A stretch of 64,000 bases of DNA, taken from a virus. Made by a program: the position numbers and the translations under genes. The stretch covers positions 1 to 64,000 of the IMG/VR virus record IMGVR_UViG_3300036851_000360; one strand, given 5' to 3'. Under the pieces are notes generated by a model. That model was not told where the DNA came from, made no database searches, and saw only the letters and a list, made by a program, of their open reading frames with translations. Positions 38,501 through 46,808 of the stretch are shown in pieces; within the stretch, counting starts at the first letter, position 1, and each line of letters opens with the position of its first letter.

Positions 38501-39799
38501 CGCGGGGAGCGCACCCGAGATCGCGAAGATCAGATCGGAGCGGGTCCACACGTGCTCGTTTTTCCCGACTTCCCACAACGCCGCCTTGATCACCTGAGAG
38601 GGGGAGACTTCATCCGCCCGCCCTTGCCCCTTCAGCGCGAGGACGTCGTGGGCGACCTGCTCCAACCCGCCCACCATCTTCGTGCGGGCCTCACGCTCCC
38701 ACCGGTCCAACCGCTGTTCCGCGGTCTCCCCGGTGTGCGACTTCCCCTTCCTCGTCAACAGGGTGGCGCGTTCGGCGATGTACTGCCGCTCCAACGGCGA
38801 CACGGACCGGCCGTGCTGCTCCTCGTACTCGCGGATCAACTGCTCCGTCTTCGCGGTGACCGCGTGGGACCGCTTCGAAAACAGGTCCATGAGCTGCTGC
38901 GGCACACCCGCGATCTCGCGGATGATCCCGTCCTTGCGGGCGTCGCGGGTCACAAACCGGACCCCCAACGTGCGGGCGAGCTCGGCCTCCATGACCCGCT
39001 CACCCACCGCGGCGGCAGCCCACTTGTGCAGCGTCAACGCCGCCCCGTCGACCCGGCCCCACTTCCCATCAGCGCGTTCGTGAACGTTCAGGATCGCCTG
39101 GTGCACATGCAGCTGTGGATCCCGCTCCCGGGAGTCGTGCTGCAGGAACTGGGCGACGATGAACCCCTTCTGCTCCATCCAGCGACCCGCACCGGAGGAG
39201 TGGTTCCCAACCCGGGCGTACGCGTTCGCCTCGAGGTAGTCGACACTTGCCGACGCGCCAGCCATCGCTGCGCCCTCAACCGCGCTGAGCATGGCCCGCC
39301 ACGATGCCGCCTCCTGATGACGTCCTGCACCAGCGGCGACGTTCATCGCCCGCTCGAAGGCGACCGCCAGGAGGGTCACGGACTTCGGGACCGAGAAGGT
39401 GGCATCCCAGAACGCCACCGCCTGCCGCGACTCCCGCTCCGCCGCAGCCTGAAGTTCGGCTCGCCGCTCCGGGCCCGCATCGGGCTCCTTCGCGAGCGCC
39501 TCTTTGTAAATCTCGTCCGGTGACCGGTAGCGGCGGTGGGCGGGAGCCAACGCCCGCGCCTCCGCCCACATCTCCCGGTGATGGGTGGCCTCGTCGCGAG
39601 GGTCGAGCAGACGGGCGTAGATCGCCTCCATCAGATCGGAGTTGACCTCGCCCGCCAGCCCGAGAGCCTGGGCGCCCCGCCCATGCCAGCCGCCGGGCGG
39701 TTCACCCGCGGCTACGGCACCCGTGTAGTAGCCCTCCCGCCCGGTCGACACCGGTCCGGTCAGGTACCCCACCGAGTAGCCCTTGGTCACCTTGAACAC
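35576..39799 (-). CDS. mobF: MobF (TrwC-family) conjugative relaxase with RecD-like SF1 helicase
   Basis: GYYTG tyrosines, GGWHGRGAQALGL, DATFSVPKSV, HDSRERDPQLHVH (HUH); helicase motifs AAAGTGKS, VVDEAGM, YASTLHAAQGRTVD. Confidence 0.95.
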   Translation of the reverse strand: MFKVTKGYSVGYLTGPVSTGREGYYTGAVAAGEPPGGWHGRGAQALGLAGEVNSDLMEAIYARLLDPRDEATHHREMWAEARALAPAHRRYRSPDEIYKEALAKEPDAGPERRAELQAAAERESRQAVAFWDATFSVPKSVTLLAVAFERAMNVAAGAGRHQEAASWRAMLSAVEGAAMAGASASVDYLEANAYARVGNHSSGAGRWMEQKGFIVAQFLQHDSRERDPQLHVHQAILNVHERADGKWGRVDGAALTLHKWAAAAVGERVMEAELARTLGVRFVTRDARKDGIIREIAGVPQQLMDLFSKRSHAVTAKTEQLIREYEEQHGRSVSPLERQYIAERATLLTRKGKSHTGETAEQRLDRWEREARTKMVGGLEQVAHDVLALKGQGRADEVSPSQVIKAALWEVGKNEHVWTRSDLIFAISGALPANLGVPAGDIPAMLERLADKALAEAKVVVAKESVDGLPAEFRLAGDLSAFQRPGSAQFATVGQIAEERIAEQAAVRTGAAKLSQAQVDAFIRRYNEAADETLGADKEAAICGVLTSGAYVETISAAAGTGKSTTVGLIAGAWAEHGRRTFGLAASQNAADVMAEEGVESFNFDRWRLAVENDDSLQLRAGDLVVVDEAGMASTRDMADLVQRCEEVGAKLLPVGDARQMRSVEAGGVFADLRRTARSYELTQVWRFQEEWERTASLLWREGNVAALDEYDKHGRLRGCGTTEQAEHKAGQAWLADTLAGKKSLLLVRSNDQAAQVNAQLRAELVRLGKVSERGVRLGKDGNIAGIGDLVQARKNSWRLGRNPLPLINRQTYRVTHFLADGALRVETSKGVALTLSASYVEKHLSLAYASTLHAAQGRTVDTGHDLTGTYVGMTRGRESNTAWVTTKQLASDAPVGEAQEVEGRTAKAVLADSFKNAEEERGAIAQREQAIEDEQSTFRNVDRLLVGINEATAGATSTRLDRLAAEGVITPEQREALAADQAMSAVERLLRNAEVSGHNPEGVLRDALEGKSLAGAERAAQVLHARIRNTLGKQIPRITSYRDLIPAGVSDVWRGWLEKQADKADERRHELGARVAEERPPWAMETLGPVPEDPLRRAVWESRAGWAAASREGAEYTDEHDPLGPAPAAGLAEKRAIWATAHDALGLPDVGPEEAMQSDGQLLARAAAWEREQLWAPRYVADELAATSEQLADRRNQVGLWRAHAETLEGDEKRGVLEAAVKAEQEAAQLEQLKLNLEVADKERTAWFLHTAGTRDSGERAKAELARREVDLARPEDRTTMAEWLAAEEADRVADDERRPIHEEDLVGEHVHELPVPRKPLETAVADIRDVAIADPTEHDPRIRREVPAADAVADSVRRARESLLERTDRDRADEMRAAEEEAERQTRWLAAPEMADEQARVRERA

Positions 39800-39805
39800 T
39801 ACGGT

Positions 39806-40523
39806 TCAGCTCCGCACCCGCGCGTACTGCTGCAGCCGGGCGTTCGGGGTCGCGTCGAACGTCCACGACGCCGGCGTGAGCAGCTCGCACACGTTGGCGA
39901 TCGCCGCCCGGGCGGCCTGCCGCGCCATGTCGGTGCGGTAACCCATCGGGTGGGTTTGCGCCCCCCACGAGTTCGGCACCCCCCACCGCACGTATCCGTT
40001 GTCCATCAGCGGGCCCGCCCGTCGGTGTTGTCCGGGCAGGCGGGCAGCCAAGAGATGACCTGCTCGGCGGTCAGGCCGACCCGCTCAAGGGCAGCGAAAT
40101 CGGCAGCGTCAGGGGTCTCGACGAAGTCGCCATACACGGCATGCCGTTGGATTCGGCCCTTCGCGTCGCCTGCGTCCGCCCACGCCCAGTTGAGTTCCTG
40201 CTCGGCGATCCGCTCGGCCCGCTCCTCGGCGGTGAGTTCGTCGTCAGGGTGGAAGTTCTCGGTCATCGGGCCCGTCCTTCCTCGGCGGGCTGGCCGCGGT
40301 ACTCGATCCACGAGGCCGTGCCGTACGGGTTCTCCGTGATCCAGTTGGCGCTGGCGTTTGCCAGCGCGTCGTCACGGTCGGCGCCGCGGATCCCGTCGTC
40401 GTGGCTGGTGCCGTTCGGCCAGTGCACGGTCACGTCGTGCCAGGGCTGGCCCTGCTGGGCCTGCCGTTCGGCGTAGGCCGCCTCGATCTCGGCCGCGATC
40501 TGCGGATCGGTCAGGTCTGCCAT
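39806..40523 (-). other. Three small coupled hypothetical genes (40523-40263, 40266-40006, 40006-39806)
   Basis: Overlapping stop/start codons; the first two products both end in GRAR*. Confidence 0.6.
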
Positions 40524-40689
40524 GTGGATCTTCCTTCCTGTGTCGTTCACACCGCTGGATTGGCCAATGCATCGGTGTGGCTTCCTTCTTTGAGCTGTTA
40601 TGGGATCTTGGGGACGTGTGGTGATCTTGAGTAGATGGATCTTGTGAGGTGAGTGGATCTAGATAGATAGAGATCGGTTAGAGGTTGTT
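40524..40689. promoter_or_regulatory. AT-rich intergenic region: candidate oriT/promoter
   Basis: Lower GC; GATCTTG at 40604, 40623 and 40638 plus GATCT at 40656; ATTGGCCAAT palindrome at 40559-40568; lies between T4CP and relaxase genes. Confidence 0.5.
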
Positions 40690-41370
40690 CTATGGCCTGC
40701 GGAGCTTGAGTTCTCGGTGCTTGCGTGCGTCCTCGAGCTGCTCGTCGGTAGGCGCCGGCGGGAGGCCGGTGGTGCTCCACGCTTCGGCGACCGCATGGAT
40801 GTGGCCGGCAAGCGGCGCCGCGAGGGGCTCCTTAGCTGCCTGACCTGCTGGTTTGTGGTCCTGAAGGCTGCACGACCCGAGGTGTTTGCGGACCCGCTCG
40901 ACCAGGCGCGGCATGGACTGGTCGTGCCACATGCCCTGCGCTACCGGGTCGTCCTGCGACCCGTACGCCTTCGCGTGGTACCGGCGCAGCCACAGGAGCT
41001 CTTCGATCAGCCAGGGGTGCCAGGCCCAGCAGGAGGGCAGTTCGTTCCCGGGATACCGCAGGTAGACGGCGTTCAGCCACGTCTCGAGGTCGCGCAGACG
41101 CTCGTCAAGTTTCTCGGGGTCTTCACCGACCTGCAGTAGCCACGCCCGTCCGTCGTCCTTCCCTCCTGGCGCGAGGAGGGCGACGAGGCCTTCCTCGAGG
41201 TGCCGGAAGGCCTTCCACATCCCCCGGAGTTCGTCGTCCCACCCGCGTGCGTCGCCCAGTTCCTGCAGCCGGCGGGAGTGCCGGTCGAGCTCCCGCCCGA
41301 TCGTCTGGGCGTCGAGCGGCTGGGTGGGCTCCTCGGGTGGGGGTCCTGCGGGAGGGTCAGTGGGTGGCAT
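40690..41370 (-). CDS. DUF4913-like conjugation-associated protein
   Basis: WL..VY...CWAWHPWLIEELLWL...WH motif; directly downstream of the T4CP. Confidence 0.6.
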   Translation of the reverse strand: MPPTDPPAGPPPEEPTQPLDAQTIGRELDRHSRRLQELGDARGWDDELRGMWKAFRHLEEGLVALLAPGGKDDGRAWLLQVGEDPEKLDERLRDLETWLNAVYLRYPGNELPSCWAWHPWLIEELLWLRRYHAKAYGSQDDPVAQGMWHDQSMPRLVERVRKHLGSCSLQDHKPAGQAAKEPLAAPLAGHIHAVAEAWSTTGLPPAPTDEQLEDARKHRELKLRRP

Positions 41371-43201
41371 TGGTCAGCTCCCGGTCGGGTGCGGCACCCA
41401 CGGGTACAGGTGTCTGTGGGTGGGTGGGTGCTGGGAGGTCGATGGGTGCGGGTGCCGGGAGCGCAACGGGGTGGGTGACCAGGTGGGTGGGAGATGGCCG
41501 GGAGAACACCCGGCGGGCACCCACACCCACGAGGCGGGTGAGAACCGATGGGTGTCGCTTCCACACGGGGATGACCCGCCCGATCACGATGGGCATGTCG
41601 CCCGTGTAGACGATGGCCTTCCACTTCGGGAGGCTCGCCAGTTGTCCCACGGACAGCACAGGCGCTTTGCGCACGGACGTGGAGGTGATGTCGCCGTCGC
41701 CGTTGCGGGTGACGACGGTTTCGTCGCGGTCGCCGGCGAGGTCGGAGAAGGCCTTCAGGCCACCGACGGCTTTGTTGCCGCCGATGTACATGAGCACGTT
41801 GGAGTTGTTGATGAGCCGCTCGGCTCCGGCCTCGCCGTACTTCGCGATCATGTCGGCGTAGGACTGGAACACCGGCATCAGCTGGATGCCGGAGCCGCCG
41901 AAGTCTCCGGACCAGTCGGGCAGCGGGACGGGGCAGACCCGGGCGGCCTCGTCGAGCGGGAACCGGATCGGCGGGTCGAGCCGCCCCCGGCACGCCCCCT
42001 CAAACGACGGCAGCGCTGCGAGACGGCGGGCTTCGCGGGCGATATACCCGGTCAGCGCTTGCAGCAGCGGAGCAGTGTTCGCCTCATGCCTGCCCAACAA
42101 ATACACGGTGCCCTTGCCGCGGATCAGTTCGGCAACGTTGAACGGGGCGGCCCCCTTGGTGGAGGCGGCCGCCGCCGGCGAGTGGAGCCACTGCAGTGCG
42201 GGCAAGATCCCGGTGGTGATGCTCGAGCGGGTGGTCGGGTTCAGGCCGATGAACTGATCGACGGCGGGCCGGAACGACGGGACCGGGGACGCCTGGAGAA
42301 GTTCATGTACCTCATCGCCGATGTGGTCGGGATTCGCGACCCAGCGGAGGATGTCGTGGCAGTCCCGGGTGCCCTCGGACAGGCCGGCGGCGTGGAGGAA
42401 CGCGGCGAACACCCGCCGGGACTGGGCATCCCAGTCCGCCGAGTCTCCGCGTACACCCTCCCGCTCGGGGATCATGTCTGCGGCCCGGTCGATCGCCACC
42501 GTGGGGTCGTCGCACCCGTGGACGGGGTCGAAGCTGATCGTGGAGTCGACTTCACCCACCCAGGCCGGGTTGTACACCCAGATGGGACCCGTCTTCGCCC
42601 GCAGCTCCCGGGTCTGGTCGTAGAGGTCGGTGCGGGTGGAGGTGGTGACTACGGCCCCGGGGGCGTCGATGACGGGGGTTCCGAGGAGGGCGGTCTTGCC
42701 TCGGCGGGGGCCCGCGACGATGAGTACGACGTCTTCGGCCGAAGCCCACACCCGCATCCCGGCCGCCCGACACAGCAGCACACCCAGCTCCCGGGTGGGT
42801 GTGCGCCACCGCTTCACCCACCCGGCATCCCGTAGGTGCGGGCGGACAGCGCGGGCCTTGCGGTGCATCGCCCACCAGGAGGTGCCGCGGGCGACCTGTA
42901 AGGGGGTGGCGACGCCCGAGCGCCGGCGGGCCTTCTCGCCCCACCGGGTGACGGTGCGGGCCGTCCCGCCGCGCCACCACACCACCCCCGCCACGCAGGC
43001 GACGCCTGCAATGGTGAGGACACCGGCGAGGGTGAGAGCCCCATGGCTCATGTACAGCCACGCGGAGACGCCGACACCGCCGCCGATGCCGACCTTGCGG
43101 GAACTGCCGGCCAGACCGCGCTTGAGCTTGCGGATCCAGTCGCCCACGAAGATGGCGGCGGCCACACCTGCGGTGACGAGGACGACGAACTCGGCGGTCA
43201 C
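41357..43201 (-). CDS. Type IV coupling protein (VirD4/TraG/TraD-like)
   Basis: N-terminal TMs; Walker A GPRRGKT; VVTTSTRTD; Walker B PLDEAA; QSYADMIAKYG; GTG start coupled to the upstream stop. Confidence 0.92.
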   Translation of the reverse strand: MTAEFVVLVTAGVAAAIFVGDWIRKLKRGLAGSSRKVGIGGGVGVSAWLYMSHGALTLAGVLTIAGVACVAGVVWWRGGTARTVTRWGEKARRRSGVATPLQVARGTSWWAMHRKARAVRPHLRDAGWVKRWRTPTRELGVLLCRAAGMRVWASAEDVVLIVAGPRRGKTALLGTPVIDAPGAVVTTSTRTDLYDQTRELRAKTGPIWVYNPAWVGEVDSTISFDPVHGCDDPTVAIDRAADMIPEREGVRGDSADWDAQSRRVFAAFLHAAGLSEGTRDCHDILRWVANPDHIGDEVHELLQASPVPSFRPAVDQFIGLNPTTRSSITTGILPALQWLHSPAAAASTKGAAPFNVAELIRGKGTVYLLGRHEANTAPLLQALTGYIAREARRLAALPSFEGACRGRLDPPIRFPLDEAARVCPVPLPDWSGDFGGSGIQLMPVFQSYADMIAKYGEAGAERLINNSNVLMYIGGNKAVGGLKAFSDLAGDRDETVVTRNGDGDITSTSVRKAPVLSVGQLASLPKWKAIVYTGDMPIVIGRVIPVWKRHPSVLTRLVGVGARRVFSRPSPTHLVTHPVALPAPAPIDLPAPTHPQTPVPVGAAPDRELTNATH

Positions 43202-43452
43202 GACCGCGCCCCTGCCCGCTGGCTGTAGGTGTGGCGCAACTCCAGGGACGTCCCGAACGCGCAGATGAGCGCGAAGATCCATGACTGCGGTGTCGCGTAG
43301 ACGAGGACCGCACCCAGCGCGAGCGTGGACGCCCCCATGAACCCGGCGCTGAGGGCGCCTGCCGGGATGCTGATCCAGCTACGGGTGGTCACCCGGGAGA
43401 TGACGGAGAGGCCGACCGACAGAGCGAAGTACGAGAGCAGAAGGCTGATCAT
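43198..43452 (-). CDS. Small polytopic membrane protein
   Basis: Almost entirely hydrophobic 84 aa; coupled on both sides. Confidence 0.65.
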   Translation of the reverse strand: MISLLLSYFALSVGLSVISRVTTRSWISIPAGALSAGFMGASTLALGAVLVYATPQSWIFALICAFGTSLELRHTYSQRAGARS

Positions 43453-44360
43453 GCGGGCTGGTGTCCGTTCACGGAGAGGCTCTTCACGAGCTGCTTGGCG
43501 GTGTGCTCGGTGACGCCGAGCTTCTTCTGGAGGACGACACGACCGGCACCACCGGCGATGAGTTCGCGGGCCTTGTCGAGGTCAATGTCCCGTGGGGGTG
43601 CGACCGGACCTCGTGACGAGGTCTCCTTGCCTCGCGACGAAGTACCATCCGGTGTCGTCGTAGCCCGGGGTGCGGTCTGCCAGCGCAGCGACAGGCCGTT
43701 GTCGTCGACCTGGGAGAGATCGGGAACGACGACGTCCTCAACCCGCTCGAGCGCGGGGACGTCGACCCGGCCAACGGTGTGAGCGTCCTGTCGCCGTGCC
43801 CGCTCGACCCGGTACGACTCCCATGCTTCACGCGGGTCGGTGATGCCCTGGTCGATGGACCAGCGGCGGGCACCCAACGTGCGCCACGGGAAGTGCCGCC
43901 ACCGCTCGGCCGAGAACAGGGCCCCGGTGTCGTCGAGGCGGCCTTCGACGCTCAGCTGAATGTGGTGGGCGCGGCGGGTGTGCAAGCCCCACAGCCAGGG
44001 GCTGGACAGGGAGAACAGGGCGAACATGACCGCTGCCGGGCTGGGTGCCCAGCCGGTGGAGAAGTGGCTGTAGTTGACGGCGGCGGCCACACCTGCGAGG
44101 AGGTAGGACCAGCGCCGATACTTGGCGGCGGTGGCGGTGTCCTTCCGTAGGAGGGCGTCGTGGGCGTGCCACTGCACGTACAGGGAGATGGATTCGAACG
44201 CCGCCGCAGCCCCGCCGGCGATGACCACTGTCAGCGGGAACCAGTCCTGTCGGAACGCGTCGAGCCCGAACTGGAACTGGCCGTAGACGGCGAAGCAGGT
44301 GACGAGGGAGATTGGGGCGACGGTCCGCCAGGTCACGTCGTCGCTACGGCTGGTGTCCAT
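43449..44360 (-). CDS. DUF2637/Spd-like membrane protein with C-terminal HTH
   Basis: Four TMs (AAVNYSHF) then a soluble tail ending GRVVLQKKLGVTEHTAKQL. Confidence 0.6.
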   Translation of the reverse strand: MDTSRSDDVTWRTVAPISLVTCFAVYGQFQFGLDAFRQDWFPLTVVIAGGAAAAFESISLYVQWHAHDALLRKDTATAAKYRRWSYLLAGVAAAVNYSHFSTGWAPSPAAVMFALFSLSSPWLWGLHTRRAHHIQLSVEGRLDDTGALFSAERWRHFPWRTLGARRWSIDQGITDPREAWESYRVERARRQDAHTVGRVDVPALERVEDVVVPDLSQVDDNGLSLRWQTAPRATTTPDGTSSRGKETSSRGPVAPPRDIDLDKARELIAGGAGRVVLQKKLGVTEHTAKQLVKSLSVNGHQPA

Positions 44361-44653
44361 CAGGACCGGCCGTCCCTACCCCGGCCGACCCGCCGCGGGA
44401 TGATGAACGCCAGGTTGACCAGGGCGATCACGAACCCCAGCAGGCCCACGGTGAACACGAACTGGGCGGCCCCGGTGGTCAGCCACAGCTCGCGCATCGG
44501 AATGCCAACCACCACGGCGGCGACAGGTGCGCCGGGGAACAGCCACAGCCCGGACTCCTTGAAGTCGGAGTGCCGTGGGGGCAGGTCGAGCCGAGGCAGC
44601 GGCTGGGTGGGCTGCTCTGAGCGGGGGGCAGCCTCGTGGGCTGGGGCGCTCAT
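44360..44653 (-). CDS. Small two-TM membrane protein
   Basis: Two hydrophobic segments and a basic tail; coupled. Confidence 0.6.
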   Translation of the reverse strand: MSAPAHEAAPRSEQPTQPLPRLDLPPRHSDFKESGLWLFPGAPVAAVVVGIPMRELWLTTGAAQFVFTVGLLGFVIALVNLAFIIPRRVGRGRDGRS

Positions 44654-45597
44654 CGGGCCCACCCCTCGACCACGTCGGCGGCCTCGGCCTCCCACGTGGC
44701 GTCCAACCCGTCTCGGGCGAACTGCGAGAGGCCCCCGTCGTAGTGCCGCTCGACACCGCGCAGGATCTCCGTGTCGGACATCTCCAGGATGTCCTCGGGG
44801 TTTTCCTTCCAGCTGCAGTCGAGGACCCAGTCGCGGGCGGCCTGAACGAACTCGGGGTGGCTGCTCATCGGGCCCGCCCCTCGGCGAACCGGCCGGTGGT
44901 GAACACGGCGGCCTGCGCGTCCCACGCCTGGTGGGGGTGTTCGACCTGGGCGTGTTCTCGGATCGTGGCCTGATTGCGCTGGCCTGCGATGGCCGCCAGG
45001 CGGTCGTAAAACTGGCTGAGGGTCGCGAAGTACGGGCGGCCGAGGTCGGCTCGGCTACGGTCGGCATGCCAGGCATCGCCGCGGGTGCCGAGGTCGCGCC
45101 ACAGGTCGGTGAGGGACCTGCTGTCCGGCGTGGTGCCGGTATCGGGTGGGCTGTCAGACTGCACGTGCCTGTTCCTTCCTGGGAGGTTGGTTCGGGTAGG
45201 GCCCCGGCGGGAGTTGCAGCTCCGTGCCGGGGCCGTCTTCACCGGGCGGCCGCATCCTCAGGTGCTGGTGCGACGGACTTCCAAATGCTGGCCAGCTGCT
45301 GGGCGTCACCCCGCTGATACGCGGCCTCCGCGGAGGCGAACAGTTCGTCCGCGCACGTGAACCGGTGCGACCCGGCAACCGCCTTGATCCGCGCGAGGAG
45401 GGTTTCGAGGTCGGTCACCGGGTCACCGCCGTGGGGCGGGCCAGGAACACCGTCACGTCACCGCTGTTGCGGAGCTGCGTCAGCAACGTCAGCAGGCACA
45501 CCCAGCAGATCTGGCCGGCGCCGACCTCGTCGACGGTTGGGATGAGGGCACGGTCCCGGCCGGCACGTTTACCGCAGGTGGAGCAGGTGTTCGCCAT
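44650..45597 (-). other. Four small genes at the head of the transfer operon (45597-45415 CxxC/CxxC; 45418-45239; 45164-44865; 44868-44650)
   Basis: RBSs and overlapping stop/starts; a hairpin at 45201-45236 separates the two pairs. Confidence 0.55.
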
Positions 45598-45704
45598 GCC
45601 AGGTCTCCTCACTGGGTCAACCGATCGTGTTGCCTACCCTCCCAGATCTGTGCAATCTTTGCAAGGTGTTCGTCCTCTGTGTGGTGTGTGGGAGGGTTGG
45701 GTGG

Positions 45705-46307
45705 ATGACAGATCCACGCCAACTACTCAGCAGCGTCCAGGCCGGCAAAGAGCTAGGCCTAGCTGCGAGCACGCTGTGGCGCTGGCACCACAGCGGGAAA
45801 ATTCGAGCCGACTTCGTGACACCCGGCAAGCACCTGCGCTGGGACGTCGACCGGCTCAGGCGCTTCCTCGCCAACCCCGACATGGAGGAACTGAACGTGC
45901 CCGAGCCGGCCTCGAACCCAGAGCACCCGTCTGTCGTCGCCGCGATCGTCACCTCACATCTCGGCGTCCTCGCGGGACGGCGCAACGACGGCAGGCCGCC
46001 ATGGACGTTCATCGCCGGCGAGATCGAACCTGGCGAGTCGCAGATAGACGCCGCCGTGCGAGAGGTTAAAGAGGAAACGGGGCTGCTTGTCCGGGCCGGG
46101 CATCACGAGATCGGCCGACGGGTGCACCCGAAGACCCGCCGCACGATGATCTACCTGGCGTGCACCCCGACGCATGGCACCGACGTGTTCGTCGGCGACG
46201 AGGACGAGCTCGCCGAGGTGCGGTGGCTGTCGCTCGAGGAGGCGGACGAGCTGCTGCCGGGGATGTTCGAGCCGGTCCGCGAGCACCTCGGCCGGGTCAT
46301 CTCCTGA
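45705..46307 (+). CDS. BldC/Xis-like HTH fused to a Nudix hydrolase
   Basis: ELGLAASTLWRW...TPGKHLRWD (MerR/Xis-like HTH); Nudix box GEIEPGESQIDAAVREVKEETG. Confidence 0.88.
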   Translation: MTDPRQLLSSVQAGKELGLAASTLWRWHHSGKIRADFVTPGKHLRWDVDRLRRFLANPDMEELNVPEPASNPEHPSVVAAIVTSHLGVLAGRRNDGRPPWTFIAGEIEPGESQIDAAVREVKEETGLLVRAGHHEIGRRVHPKTRRTMIYLACTPTHGTDVFVGDEDELAEVRWLSLEEADELLPGMFEPVREHLGRVIS

Positions 46308-46354
46308 CCGGACCGCAGGCTGTCATACGACTGTCCAAGTTGACTAAGCGCAGG

Positions 46355-46543
46355 TCAGCCGCGCGGGTGTCGCGATCCCTGCCGTAGGTGCACCGGCTCG
46401 GCGATGGAACAGCCGATCGGTTCGTGTGCGTACTTCGGCAGCTCGGCATGTAGCCAGCCGACGTTCTCCAGCCACTCGATGGGGCGCCGGCAGTTGGCGC
46501 AGGCGTAGGGCGGCCCGTCGCAATCCGGACACGGCTGCATCAT
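46355..46543 (-). CDS. Small Cys-rich protein
   Basis: CPDC...CANC...WLH...C; AAGGA upstream. Confidence 0.5.
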   Translation of the reverse strand: MMQPCPDCDGPPYACANCRRPIEWLENVGWLHAELPKYAHEPIGCSIAEPVHLRQGSRHPRG

Positions 46544-46580
46544 TTGGAATCTCGATCCTTCACATGAGGCTGGTCAGGCG

Positions 46581-46751
46581 TTATCGGACATCCGTGCTCG
46601 CGTCGCGGCCGACCTCGCGCTCCAGGGCGCGAGTGACGAGCGCGAGCACGGTCTCACCGTTCGCCGCCGCGGCGGCCCGCACGCGATTGACCAGGTCGCG
46701 GTGCAGCCGCCAGGTCACGGCCCGTTTGTCGGGGTGCGGTCGGTTGGCCAT
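46581..46751 (-). CDS. Ribbon-helix-helix (Arc/CopG-like) protein, 56 aa
   Basis: GAGGAG RBS; MANRPHPDKRAVTWRLHRDLVNRVRAAAAANGETVLALVTRALEREV. Confidence 0.7.
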   Translation of the reverse strand: MANRPHPDKRAVTWRLHRDLVNRVRAAAAANGETVLALVTRALEREVGRDASTDVR

Positions 46752-46770
46752 GGATTACTCCTCGGGGGAC

Positions 46771-46803
46771 GAGGCGGACCCCACCAGAGTGGGGTCCGCC
46801 TCT
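46771..46803 (-). terminator. Hairpin between the cassette genes
   Basis: gaggcggacccca / tggggtccgcctc perfect 13-bp stem. Confidence 0.65.
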
Positions 46804-46808
46804 TGCGG

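Larger units (their letters stand above)
35247..46307 (-). mobile_element. MOBF mobilisation module (relaxase + coupling protein + candidate oriT) embedded in the phage
   Basis: Co-oriented operon with relaxase, T4CP and membrane proteins plus a divergent HTH-Nudix gene; boundaries approximate. Confidence 0.8.

Noticed and set aside
35247-46307. Classical AICE (TraB/FtsK + RepSA) or self-transmissible ICE
   Set aside because: The ATPase has VirD4-type rather than FtsK features; no Rep, VirB4 or mating-pore genes in the window
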